Made by a program: the position numbers and the translations under genes. Of a stretch of DNA of 64,000 nucleotides, positions 39,708-52,966 are shown one piece after another. Every line of letters starts with the position of its first letter. Within the stretch, counting starts at the first letter, position 1. The DNA comes from Mizuhopecten yessoensis (lineage: Eukaryota): the NCBI RefSeq assembly GCF_002113885.1, contig NW_018408852.1:1212576-1276575 (forward strand), read 5' to 3'. The notes under the pieces are model-generated. The model worked only from the letters and a program-made list of their open reading frames with translations. It made no database searches and had not been told where the DNA came from.

Positions 39708-40387
39708 CCTAGTTCCGTTTAGCATAAACGGAAATAGGAACCAGACCCTAGATCCGTTAAACATAAACGGAACTGGGAACCAGACCAGATAGTAAACGTA
39801 TATGCTTTTTGTAATTCTTTCCCTGTCTAGTTCGCAAAACGGAAGGTCAAAAGCCCGTAGTTATATCTGAATCAAGGACAGGAATCGAACCCACAACCTT
39901 TCACACGAAAATAGTCAAGCGTACCATAGCCTCTATAAAGTAATTGGTCTTATACGGAACTGAGTGTCAGACTCCAATTACGTTTTTCCTTAAACGGAAC
40001 TGGGAACCAGACCCTAGTTCCGTATAGTAAACGTATACGTGTTTTGTAATTCTTTCCCTGTCTACAAGGAGCATAGTAACATGTGAATCCAGTACAGGAA
40101 TAGGAACCCGCAACCTTTCACACGGAAATTAAGACTACCATAGCCTTTATTAAGTAATTGATCTTATACGGAACTTAGTGTCAGACTCCAGTTACGTTTT
40201 TTCTTAAACGAAACTGGGAACCAGACCCTAGTTCTGTTTAACATAAACGGAACTGGGAACCAGACCCTAGTTCCGTTAAACATAAACGGAACTGGGAACC
40301 AGACCGGGCTACGTATAGTAAACGTATATGCTTTTTGTAAATATTTCCCTGTCTAGTTCGCAAAACGGAAGGTCAAAGGCCCGTAGT
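39708..40387. repeat. Composite repeat: 39-bp hairpin units interleaved with a duplicated ~200-bp block
   Basis: Unit CTAGTTCCGTTAAACATAAACGGAACTGGGAACCAGACC. The block starting TAGTAAACGTATA occurs at ~39790, 40025 and 40316, with a minus-strand B box GGTTCGATTCC at 39881-39891. Confidence 0.9.
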
Positions 40388-40394
40388 CGTAAAC

Positions 40395-40740
40395 AGAAGG
40401 TAATTAAGTACTTGGAAATTTTTAAAAGCCCTTCTTTTTTCATTTTAAAGACTTTATCTCACCCATATGGTTCAATTTTATCTAATATCAGTATCTTCCA
40501 AGGTGAAGTATTTAATGGATCTACTATGTTTTTAATCCATCACATTTTTAAGGCATGACAAAAAGATATAATGTGTAGTACACGTAAACCCCCCTAATTA
40601 TATTATCCCCATATACACAACAGTACGTTTTGCTTTGTCTGTCTTTTCGTTCCATAAAAATTAAAAGAAATATTTGTGTAGCTCTTTGACCATTTCTAAA
40701 GGCGGGTCTGGTAAGACAGTAAATGTTTTGAATAAAAATG
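40395..40740 (-). mobile_element. L1/Tx1-clade LINE, decayed post-RT region of ORF2
   Basis: Minus strand reads FTVLPDPPLEMVKELHKYFF*FLWNEKTDKAKRTVV...GGLRVLHIISFCHALKM*WIKNIVDPLNTSPWK, matching LPxPP...FxFLWxxKxxKIKR...GGL......ALKxxWI. Confidence 0.85.
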
Positions 40741-41159
40741 TTCCTTATTAAACTCCTTCAGTGGCCCAGTAATTAGCCGGAACTTATTTTAGATAGGAAC
40801 TACAAACTGATTTAGTTGTGTGAGTCCTTTAAGTTGTTGCGGAACGTAACGATAAAATATGTTTTGGCTTATTTGATAAGTGCCATAGATGACGCGCCGT
40901 ATCTGTAAAGTGGAAATGTTAAGGAAGGAAGGAAAGCGATTGATAGACACTGAGACGGGTATAGTGTGGACCATGATAAACACATGGTGACCTCGAATAT
41001 ATACCAGGAACCAACGTTAACCATGGTCGCCTGACAACCAGACATGTATTTCAATAGATGTCACCAGATAACCGACCATGTTACAACAAGCTATCAAACT
41101 CAGGTATACTGTTAGCCATCAGAATCAGTTTCCAAAATGACGACAAAACATGGGGGGGG

Positions 41160-41912
41160 NNNNNNNNNNNNNNNNNNNNNNNNNNNNNNNNNNNNNNNNN
41201 NNNNNNNNNNNNNNNNNNNNNNNNNNNNNNNNNNNNNNNNNNNNNNNNNNNNNNNNNNNNNNNNNNNNNNNNNNNNNNNNNNNNNNNNNNNNNNNNNNNN
41301 NNNNNNNNNNNNNNNNNNNNNNNNNNNNNNNNNNNNNNNNNNNNNNNNNNNNNNNNNNNNNNNNNNNNNNNNNNNNNNNNNNNNNNNNNNNNNNNNNNNN
41401 NNNNNNNNNNNNNNNNNNNNNNNNNNNNNNNNNNNNNNNNNNNNNNNNNNNNNNNNNNNNNNNNNNNNNNNNNNNNNNNNNNNNNNNNNNNNNNNNNNNN
41501 NNNNNNNNNNNNNNNNNNNNNNNNNNNNNNNNNNNNNNNNNNNNNNNNNNNNNNNNNNNNNNNNNNNNNNNNNNNNNNNNNNNNNNNNNNNNNNNNNNNN
41601 NNNNNNNNNNNNNNNNNNNNNNNNNNNNNNNNNNNNNNNNNNNNNNNNNNNNNNNNNNNNNNNNNNNNNNNNNNNNNNNNNNNNNNNNNNNNNNNNNNNN
41701 NNNNNNNNNNNNNNNNNNNNNNNNNNNNNNNNNNNNNNNNNNNNNNNNNNNNNNNNNNNNNNNNNNNNNNNNNNNNNNNNNNNNNNNNNNNNNNNNNNNN
41801 NNNNNNNNNNNNNNNNNNNNNNNNNNNNNNNNNNNNNNNNNNNNNNNNNNNNNNNNNNNNNNNNNNNNNNNNNNNNNNNNNNNNNNNNNNNNNNNNNNNN
41901 NNNNNNNNNNNN
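41160..41912. other. Assembly gap (753 N) flanked by G runs
   Basis: Run of N with G8 on the left and G5 on the right. Confidence 1.
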
Positions 41913-42327
41913 GGGGGAGGTGTTATATGTATCAAGGGTAACGCACTGGTTCATATTACCATTGATAATAATGCATCTATATGTTGAATTATATCTGTAC
42001 TGTATGTATGTATACATGATCAAGGACTAATGCAAGACTAGCTATAGCGCAGTAATATAATATGCCCTAATAAAAGCATTAAGTTCCCCGACAGTAATAG
42101 CGTTGTTGTTTACTGTGCATCAACCTGAACTGATGCAAATACACAATAATATCCACAACAACTAAATGTTGAATTTTATCCACAATATCTAATTGTTGAT
42201 TTTGAAAATAATTCCATTGTGCCATCAAACTAACGTTAAAAGACATCATATCAAGAAAAGCACCTGACTTTTTAATACACGAGGAATATATACGAAAACA
42301 ATAATATTCCTCAGCAAAAAATATTGT

Positions 42328-42906
42328 AACAAGGCAAAATAATGCAAGGCAATCCATAGTCTCGCACCGGTAATGATTTCTATATTTAGCAAACAGTACA
42401 ATTATGTCAGAAAGTATAGGTCATAATGAGTTCATGGTGACCTACTTCCTGCACTCCGCTATCTCAAGATGTACTTGTACACAAAATATGTTTACTCCAG
42501 GTAAAATAGTATAGAAGACATGCCCGGACATTTTTTTTCTCTCAAAAATATAGGTCACAGGTTAATTAATACATTGTGTACGTCACATTGACCTAATTCT
42601 TGCACTCATACCGTCATCACAAGATGCCCTCTACACCAAATCTGGTAACTCCAGGTAAAATAGTACAAAAGATACGCCTCGGACAAACTTCTTCAAAAGT
42701 TAAGGTCAAATGTCAAATCAAAGGTCACAGTCACATAATTATTACACTCTGCACTCCGCCATCCAAAGATGTCCTGGTACACCAAATCTGGTAAGTCCAG
42801 GTGAAAAAGTAGAGAAAATATGTCCCGGACAAACTTCTCTGACGGACGAGCGGACGGAGTGCAAACCTATGCCCCCCTCTCGGGAACCAATGAGGGACTT
42901 ATAAAA
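42328..42906. mobile_element. HINE/pearl-like non-autonomous element with three internal ~150-bp repeats
   Basis: Starts AACAAG; the repeat TGCACTC...AAGATG...TACACCAAATCTGGTAACTCCAGGTAAAATAGTA occurs at ~42450, 42601 and 42749; then a GACG micro-repeat, a terminal hairpin CCCTC...GAGGG and an A-rich end. This is the layout of bivalve CvA/DTC84/HINE elements. Confidence 0.8.
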
Positions 42907-43664
42907 GCTATGAATATCGAATCATCGATAAAAATATTAGGCTGAGGAGAGAAACAATTATTCAGGAATTGACCCTGGACAAACTTTGTGCCCGCTGGAT
43001 GGTTCCTGCGTGGAAACTGTCTTCGATCTTTTCATGGATGACCAGCAATAATGTAGAGCAAATTGCATCGGTTGTATAATTGCCGAGAAAGACGTGAAAA
43101 GTGGGTCAGGAAGGGAAAACAGGATCACGCCCGCTTCTCCAAGGCGTAGTAAGCTTATTCGGTCGTCAAGTTTACTTTACAAATAAAGCATTTCTTTACG
43201 GAACGTTGTTTTAGCTTATGGGTAATTTCGATCATGTGTCAGACGGCTTTATCTATCATTTTTTTTCAATCGATTTTTAATATTTTGTCAATATGTTTTT
43301 GTAACAAATCGGTGTTAAGCTTACCTGACATTTGATACATGACGGGCATTTGGCCCCTGGCTGGCGTAACTTCCTGCTTCCGATCTAAGCCCTTACGTTT
43401 ACTAGCTTTGCTGTAATGATGAACTGCAATAAGTGTTGTATGTCTATAAATAGTCATAATGCCTGATATAGGATCTGTAACTAAGTGGATGAGAAACGAA
43501 AAGAAATATAACAATTTACATTAATGAAAAAGTGACCGTTTAAGATAATACGAGGTTGACAGAATTCTTCACAGAATGATTGTTGAAACTTCACAGTATA
43601 TTATGCTATACAATCCAAAGTACAAAATGCACAAAACAGCAGAAAATACCACATTTTACCACCT

Positions 43665-43716
43665 TACCAAAGAAAAAATACGTATTCGACTACCAAAGAA
43701 AAAATACGTATTCGAC
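43665..43716. repeat. Perfect 26-bp tandem duplication
   Basis: TACCAAAGAAAAAATACGTATTCGAC x2. Confidence 0.95.
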
Positions 43717-45694
43717 TTTATACTTTCAACATGATACCATGATCGACGATTGACGGAATCAAAAAAAGAAAAATACAAACGTGTATTTTTTTCTCATTCA
43801 AATAACCTTTGAATTTAATGACAAATGAAAAGTAGATGCCGATTCTATTTTTTAAAAACAAATGCGAATTCTACGTGCCAAAAAGAACAAAAATATCCTG
43901 TTTGAAAAAAAGTGCTTCTCCAACCAACTCTTGTCAAGGTGATAATACAAGCCCTTGGATACTACTGAACGCGCCAATGAATATGTAAGCTGTGCTTTAA
44001 GATTTGTACCTTACCTGTAATTGTTGCAGCATCTCGACCAACTCCGGTAAGCTTTGACTCAAAGCTTTAACGGTCAGGTCACAATGATACCACCGACAGT
44101 AAAAACAATTCCATCACCAGATGCTTGTCTTATAAAGCATTTAAAACGCAAAACACAAACGTTTTAATGAGTTGAGTTTTATTTGTATTAAATGCAACGC
44201 TACCAGTTTAGAACGACCCCACACGTGAATGGGTAACGTTATTTTAAACACAACCGTGAAACCTCTCGCGGATAACGTGAGGTCACGGGATTAATATACA
44301 GCATCAGATACAAATTGAAAGGTCATTCAATTCAATGGTATGGGCGTTCGAATTTCGAGTAGTTCCGAAATGTCGACGACATCCTGAACTCGAGTAGCCC
44401 GATGAATATGTCTGGAAATATGTCACCCTATTGGCATGTCCTCTTCTAATCGTTCAGTTGTAAGTTGATTGCCAGACTGTAGCGATCTAATAGTGGAACA
44501 AGTCGGAATTAGATGAAGTCAGAAGGAGGGTTGAAATACGGTAGCATACCTATATGCACGCTCAAAGTACCGTAACGATTTTAGGGATCGACAGAAGGAC
44601 TGATGTCCTTTACTAACAAAACTTCCACTAAAAACTCGATGATATGCATAAATAAAGTTTGCCCGTTGTGTGTTACGAAGCTTTATCTATTCACCAGGCA
44701 CATATTACATAGACCCATGTAATATGAGTGCGTAATCTGTTTTCGCAGGTCATTTCGGCTCTTCCATAGCACGCCGTAATTGATTGGTTACCAGGTAACG
44801 TCTTTACTAAGTCAATACCAAAGTAAAAGAAATGGCTATACATAGAATCATTACGCCGTGGTACTTATACAAGAAATACACGTGTCGAATCTATAATTAA
44901 ATCAATTATCGGCAGGACTGTGGGACCAGCAGTGCGTTATATCACTTAGACATATGTTCCCACCTGCATAATTCATTTGTTTACCTTAGGATTGCGGTTC
45001 TTTACGTTCCAAAGCAAGGTATTAGTGTCGGCCGTAATTAGTATCCCAACACGTCTCCAGTTAAAGTAGTTGTGTCGTAAAGTGGTCTAGAATCTTAAAC
45101 ACTACAAAAGAAAATGATAAAAACCGCTACCAACGAATAATATAAATAAAATATGTGATTTTAGAAAAGAATGATATGGATGAGGTTGGTTGGAGTAATA
45201 TTATGGTCAAAATCAGTTTTATAAATAAACAGTCAAATTGTATAGCTACTTATAAGTAGTAACATATACATATTGTTGAAAACATGTAGTTACATTCATT
45301 GCTCAAACACCCATCTTTCTTAATTATGTTGCTTTAACGGACTCTCGTGTAAACTGTTCATATAGGTCTACGTATACATATGTTAATATCACAGAAATGG
45401 AATAGAATAAACTTATCGGGAAATAAACATATTGAGATTGCAAATTAAATACAATGGATGGAAGACACTCATTGAAATGGCAGGAATAATCACATTTAAA
45501 AGTATACATATATATACTTATTGGAAGAAAAGAGATAAAATATCCGGAAAGGACATTAACATATTGCATTGAAACGATATCAATATACTCATTTAAAGTA
45601 ACGATACATAGAGAATAACACGTGCCTTTTTCCATATCACACCCAGTATCAACCCGAGACTGCAATATATAATCCCAAGGGCCGAAATTTCCAA

Positions 45695-45800
45695 AAGGGG
45701 TGTGATACGGGTTTTGCGGGCTGATACGGGTTTTGGGGTGTGATACGGCGGGGGCTGATATGGCTTTTTGGGGTGTGATACGGCGAGGGCTGATATGGGT
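45695..45800. repeat. Short G-rich tandem motif, ~6 copies of GGG(TG/C)TGATAYGG
   Basis: Period of ~16-19 bp, with an inverted partial copy ATATCACACCCAGTATCA at 45634; probably a DNA-transposon subterminal region. Confidence 0.75.
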
Positions 45801-48800
45801 AAGAGCAATTGTGTCGTATCGCATATACACAAACAAACGTATTTATTAGTAAGTATGTAATAAATTGTATTACAGAACGATAAACAAGGAATTACAGAAA
45901 CAATTACATAGAAAGAACAGAAATATCTACAAGGAATGACAAAAATGAATAATTTCAAATAAACAATAATAACTCCAATGGAAACGCGTCAAAACGACAA
46001 AAAAAGATCGAATAATATATATACATTTGATGACAGCTAAAACAAACTAGCTGATACCATAGAAATAACGAATGCAAAGGATAAAAATTAATACAAGGAT
46101 AGGACAAAAATATGCACATTAAAATTACACTGTATATATATATGCACAACGTAGATACAATGAAGAAACAGAGATAAATGAATACATTTAATTGGGATAC
46201 ATGAATATATGGAATGATAGAAATAAAAACGTTGATTGACATAAATATACACCGTATCACATAATTTATAAACACAATTGAAAACACTCACACGGCAGAT
46301 ATACAACAAAGAAAACCGTAAATCCGTATATATCTGGAGTACAATAGGCATACTGTATCAGTTGAACCTCGTAAATGTAATGGAATAATATTACCATTCC
46401 ATAAGGAACGTCTATTACATAACCGATGTCTATCACGTAAGTGGACGTGTATTACATAAGGAACGTCTATCCAGTAAGCTATGACTATTTATTGACGTCT
46501 ATTTGTGTAGATTTTTTTTTCTTTTCTGTTCTGTTCTTTTACGGTTCTCTCGTTTCAAGTACAGCTAACTTTGTTGCCCAGAGAAACCTTACTGATGACA
46601 CCTGTTCGATACAATATTCCGTTCGGTATGACACGTCTACAGCGACCCCGGCTATCTGATTATATAGAACAAACTGTTGTCTGGGCGAACTTACATTTCA
46701 CTTTCAAGGACATATTTACATTGCATTCTATTAGTTATGATATAAATAATGAGATAGTCACATGTCTTGATCGGAATATTTACTTTCAGACGGTCAAGAC
46801 AATTGAAAATATTGATAATGTGACCAGGCAAGTTTTCCGATGTTCGTATCGTTATACAACCTCGCCATAATAATAGTGACATATTTCAGGAAGAAAGTTT
46901 TTCATACAACTTGAATTCCGACGTTGCTACGAGTTGTAATATTTGTGTTTGATCATTCCGTCAATCATATAAAAAAAACCACCATGAGCACAATTTTGTT
47001 GATGTCAGATTCAGATCGCCAGCTTCGAAGGCCGTCTTCCAATGTTGATGAACAAGAGCGATGTACTCCAACATAACAAGGGAATTCCGCCACAATGTAT
47101 AGCAATGTCTGTACATGGCAGAAATCTGTGGCAAAGTCATTATTAATTTTTTCTAGAAAATAAATATCGGAAATCGCCTGCACGTGTTTGTCACACACGT
47201 GACATATCTGTAGAAGTCTGCGCTCTTTTGTAAAAAATGTATTAATAAGAAAAAATAACGGTGCATCATTTTCATGCGATCCTGTGCTATTAGCATTTCG
47301 GAAGATTCGTCTCTGATTAGGGCGGAAACCGTTTCGTGCCACGTGAATATCTTTGCTGTTATTGGGTTTTTTTCTGTTTGTTTTGTTTTTGGGGTTTTTC
47401 TCTCGTAGTTTCTGCATAATGCGTCATTATCTTAATCGTTAATTGGTCAGTTGCATGAATTAAAACGAAAGTGTCAACCTCTTATTGAGTGAAATGCGCT
47501 AATTCAAAACCTTGCCCCGAATCATCACAATGTGTTTCTTCCTATCAAGCTAGATTCCATTAAAACGGAATTATCGCCAACCCAAGAAAACCTGTTGTAT
47601 CGTTATTATGATATAATCATGTTATAATTACGAGTTACATGTATTTATGTCGTTATTCGAAAACAAAATATGTTGTTGAAAACCATGACAATGGCATGCT
47701 TCTTAATTATGAATTCAATCTTACCAAACGTGAGGATAACTGCTTCTCTTTGAACAAAACTACATTTTGCAAGAAAACAATGTATTTTTTTTAGTCATGA
47801 ATATTGTGCATGATCATGTAATACAAAAGATAAATAATGAATAACTACGAAAAACGAGCACATAACAAAATACATAAAATTTAAAACACTGAAAAAGAAA
47901 CCAAAACGAAACAACCGAAAATAAAAACAGTTTTATGTGAGGGTACAATTTATTTATGTGTGATGAATAGCCGATATTGAAATAGAAAAATATAGACTTC
48001 CACAAAAAGCTGACATATGTACACACTTCTTTACAATACAGACAAAGGGAAAAAAGCAATTATATTTGAAAATCCGTACAATATGTTGCCTGGGGAAATT
48101 TCAAATAAATCCTCATATTAATTTAAGATCACACTGCTTTCTGGCTCCAATCAATGGAGGAAAACGTGACCGTCAGACAAATTAAAGCAAGGTTTAATTA
48201 TAAAATAACTCATTTCTATACAGCAAACTCTGTCAGATTATTATGTTAACGACCACCTCAAATCCAGAATCAATTTGCTATTACGTTTGATAGACGAGTT
48301 ACAATTATCACGACTTGATGAAATGTGCATACAAACTTTCTTATTTCTCAACTTTTTAATTGAAATGTAAATCATACACATATTCTGTTAAATAATTCGT
48401 TTCAAAATCATTTGAATTAAACTAAATGCATAGTCACGTCCTTACATAATTGAGTAATCCCTTCTCTGTAATTAAGACATTATAACAGGTTATAGACTGC
48501 TCATTTACGACAACGACAGACACTACTTTGGTTTTACAAATGTACTGAAAAGATTTCATAAATTTGTAATTAAAGGACTGTTAGCACCTACAATGTGTTT
48601 CTCGATGATTTCTTTGTATTTGTGGCGTTTAACTCTGTATTATACATACACCTCGTGTACATACATAACATGGTGCGTGTGTATGCTGTGTTTTCCTCAT
48701 TATTTTCCAGTTCCCTGAGATTCGGTGTTTATTACAGTGTATATATCGTTTGTGTCCTCTGTATTCCTGCTTGTTTTCGAATTTCCAACCCCTCCTCGTG

Positions 48801-48838
48801 CATAACATGCTGTATGTCCTGATGTGTTTATTATTTGT

Positions 48839-49110
48839 GAGGTACATGATTTGTGTCCTGCGTTTGCTTCCTTGTGTTGTATATGTTGTGGGCCCTGTTG
48901 AGGTACATGCTTTGTGTCCTGCGTTTTCTTCCTTGTGTTGTATATGTTGTGGGCCCTGGTGAGGTACATGCTTTGTGTCCTGCGTTTGCTTCCTTGTGTT
49001 GTATATGTTGTGGGCCCTGTTGAGGTACATGCTTTGTGTCCTGCGTTTGCTTCCTTCTGTAGTATATGTTGTGGGCCCTGTTGAGGTACATGCTTTGTGT
49101 CCTGCGTTTG
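48839..49110. repeat. Minisatellite, 61-bp unit, ~4.5 copies inside a degenerate repeat region (48590-49420)
   Basis: GAGGTACATG at 48839, 48900, 48961, 49022 and 49083. Confidence 0.95.
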
Positions 49111-49482
49111 CTCCGTATTTGTGAGTTTCCAGAGCTTCCTCGTGTAATATATATTTGGCCCTGTTGAGGTTCATGTTAGCATAACATTTGAGCATGCTTT
49201 GTATGCCCCGTGTGGTCCGCTTTTTAATGAGTTTCCACGCCTTTCTCCTGTATTACATGAAGGGTGTCGTGATTTTTTTATGAGGTAGGTTTTACATGCT
49301 TTGTGTTGTGAATGTTTTCCTTAAAATGTGCTGGTGAGTTTCCAGAGCTTTCCTGTGTATTACATACTGTATGTCCAGTGTTTTCGCCTTAACTTTGAGC
49401 TTCCAGTTCTTTACTATGTATTAATTAGCATCGGCTAAAACAAACTTGTCTTGTTCAGGTAGTATGTGTTTCCATGTGACAG

Positions 49483-49848
49483 TTATTTAAGGATTAACTT
49501 GAATATATTTTTTATATTATGGAGCTATAACACCAAAAAACGGAGTGTACTCTCATCATAAACCGCTACAAAAATATATTCAAGTTAATCCTTAAAATCC
49601 CTTTGGTGTTATAGCTCCATAACATAAAAAATATATTCAAGTTAATCCTTATAATTTAATCTACTATACACAATCCCTATGGAAATCAACTTTTATTGAT
49701 GGACTCTTTTCTTTTAGAAATTATTACGCCGCTGTATCAGCCAATCAAAAGCGACGTTACAAACGGCGACGTCATTTTTTATGTTATGGGCTGATAACAT
49801 ACATTTTTAGGCCAATGAAAAGGTTTGTTACAAGCGAGATTAAATTAT
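49483..49848. mobile_element. Palindromic non-autonomous element (Crypton-like), family B
   Basis: 50-bp inverted arms at 49487-49536 and 49602-49651, an extra partial arm at 49571-49594, then ATAATTTAAT ... ATTAAATTAT inverted repeats around a CCAATC/GACGTCA-containing segment. Confidence 0.75.
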
Positions 49849-52744
49849 CAAGTGACGACTTGAAATACAGTAACTCGGAGAATGATATTTGTTTCGATAG
49901 GTAGCGCATAATCAGGATGACTCCAAATCATATTAAAAAGAGGTATTGCATCAAACGTATTCAAGTTCTTGGTATATTATAGATTTCATACGAATTGGAA
50001 TGATTTCATTAAGTGAATAAGCGAAGAAAAACACTGCAATATGCACTGAAACCATTCATTTGCAGCTAACGGTGTAGTTGAAATTCCGAAACCTTAATGG
50101 AGATAACTCATCAGGTAACCATAATGACAAATGTTTTAGTGCCAATTCAAGCAACACGTATAACCTTTCTGTTGTATATTTGATTTTATATCCATCGTAT
50201 CCCCTTTTTCTGTATTTTTACATATATTGCAGAATCCTTCATATATGGATTCACATTATTTTCACCTTTGTAATCACAGATGAGTGTTTTTGGGACGAAA
50301 TGGTCATATGACGCAGTACATTTACTTGTTTTCTTTTGCCTTTCAACATATTTTGAATGGCGCTTCCTAATTTCGTATCTCTAGCATTATGTTAACTAGG
50401 AGCATGACCTCGGTACGTAGTAATATTTTGGCAACCCGATTTAGACAAGGCCATGTACGATATTTACAAGGTCATGTACAGACTCAGCTCAACACTGTTA
50501 GCACATCTTTATCAGTATATTACAAATGTTACAGTATATACAAAAGTATAGCAGTCCTTTTGTACAGCGAATAAATGAGTTGATCAACGTTCCATTGAAA
50601 GAGCCAACGGAGATGAGCCTCGGTTTAGAACTAGCGGCTCACAACTTCACTGTGCGACCAATGTTTGATCAGAGCATATCAACCACTTAATGTATTTAAC
50701 CAGGACGAATCCCCTGAGAGCAATCTCTTGATTTATCCAATTTAAACGTATTTACCTTCTACAATGATTGACGACCTCACGCTTAAAACATACAATCTTT
50801 GAACATCACAATCTCTCGTATTTAAACAACTGCGTAGAGGTTCTGTTTTCTCAGCCTGGTCGAGTTGCTTTTCATCAGCTTAATAAATACCAGAGAAAAA
50901 AAGTATTTGCTGATAATATCGTGGGGAGAAGATTTAAAAAATAGAATTTGTATTTGTTTTTGGAATAAAAATATCTATATTTAAATCAATAATGTAATCA
51001 TATATATAATTTTAGATAAAATGCAAATACATCTTGCTTTTTACGCTTTCATAAGATTACCGTGCTTTAAAACCTTGACCAGGTTTATATATGCAGTGTT
51101 TGTTTCGTGCAGATCAATTTGAGTTGTATCCTTTTGTCTTTCGTTCTTCGTTTTATGATAAATGGTTTTAATGACAGTGATGACAATACCTCCAGAATGT
51201 GTTGTCCCTTGTTGAAAGGCAAATAATTAAAAGCTGTGGACGTATTTGCACATTGTCAATAAAAGAATGATACATTGATTGCAGAAAACAGAATTCACCG
51301 GCGTTCGTTTGTCTTAGATGACAATGACTCTGTATTCCTGTAGAGGTTTTGTTTATCATGTCTTTGTAACAAATGTCCCTTGTTTTAATTGGCTACCCCT
51401 GGGAAGAATCATGTTGATTTACTTGTCCAGCGCAAAAATGAATACCGAAGGGAAAAAATTTGATATTTAGTTAGAAATTATGATAATCAGTTGAGTTTAC
51501 AGTAAAAACTCATATGGTGGAATTAATTATGCATACTGTATTTGGTGTCCAATTTTATAGGTGAATTAATGAGCGTTTCTTACATTTGCCTTTCAAGAAA
51601 CCAGGGGGTAGACTACAGGCGGATTTCACAGTCCTGAAGGTTGCGGTAACCTTGATGGCCGCATTTATCTCTTTTGAGAAGTGGAACAGTTCATAATATG
51701 CGCACTTTACTCATTATTAATTTGAAACTAAGCAGTACTTTTACTTTTCTAAAATGTATACAATAAGGGGGTTTTACGCTCCTCTCCTTATCTTTCAAAA
51801 GAAAATGAGACCAATTTCGAATTCCCATTTTTGTTTTGCCGCTTGCAACACCGATGAGCACTAGAATGACGAAATAGATGTATGGTGTTGTGTATTTCGT
51901 TTTGGCATACTGTATCTATTACAATTTGTATAGGTGCAAACACAGGTGTGTGTCTTTGGTCTATATTTCCCCCATCGACTTACTTGTTACCTATTTCAAC
52001 GTAATTACTCAAAGTTGTCGACATAATCGGCAGAGTTATAACATATTCTTGGAATACATCGACGTCTTTGAAAAGTATGACTCGACACACGTAACTCGTC
52101 AGTCGATGACAAAAACATGCCACCGTACGCTCCATAGCCTGACCGCTTTGGCACGTGTTTATTACATCATACAGGCAATTGATATGTACTTATCTGATTT
52201 AAGAATTGTCTGTGTTATCTTAAACCAAAAAGGAACGCCTGTTCTTGAATCACGGAGGAATTTGGCAAATGTAACTATTGTTTTTTGTTTTCATCATTAA
52301 AACAAAAGTACTTTTGGCTACATTTTGTGAGAACTATTTTCAATCACAATTAGTGTCGGTTGTTTCACTATTTGACGAGTGAAACGCACACAGACGTGTA
52401 TATCACTACAACAGACATATATGCATGAATATTCATGGCCGTGACCTATCTTTAAACATATAAATACAGGTGTTTGTTTATATATCTATATTTATCGGTG
52501 TCCCGCGAGAAAATGGAGGGAAAGGCCATTCGAAGGTCAAAATATAATATTCATTCAGAAAAACTTCACTATTAAACATATATCTTTTAAATGCAAAAGC
52601 ATTTTGTTCACACAAACCCTAAGCTATCTGTCCGTTTCATTAGGAAATGAATATACAATGTTATATAGAATAATTGATACGTTTATGTGTGAACAGGTTT
52701 GAGTTTCTTTTTATGACATACATTTTTATGTTGCATTACTAAGA

Positions 52745-52966
52745 ATACATCTCCAGAATACACGCAGGCATACACACAAAGGGAGATATTAGCCAGGTGG
52801 CGTAGGACTAGTATTTAGCGCCTGATAAGACAGTTCCCGCGAATTCCTCAAAATTGAATTGATTAATGTATATGCTAATTGTAATAATTGTATATCTGTG
52901 TTCTGTAAAGCGCTTTAGAGTGGCGTATGTTAGCTAGATAGAGCGCTATATCAAATGCTGTATATT
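52745..52966 (+). mobile_element. 3' half of the SINE with L2-like tail
   Basis: Inverted homologue of 14150-14370; tail TGTAAAGCGCTTTAGAGTGGC...GCGCTATATCAAATGC. Confidence 0.8.

Noticed and set aside
41058-42030. Five long ORFs (263-309 aa) in the ORF track
   Set aside because: Artefacts of translating through the N gap.
45324-46351. Cluster of 87-170 aa minus-strand ORFs
   Set aside because: Low-complexity T-rich strand giving Phe/Ile/Tyr-rich chance ORFs in several frames.
48629-49195. 188-aa minus-strand ORF
   Set aside because: Product of the 61-bp tandem repeat cycling through frames.
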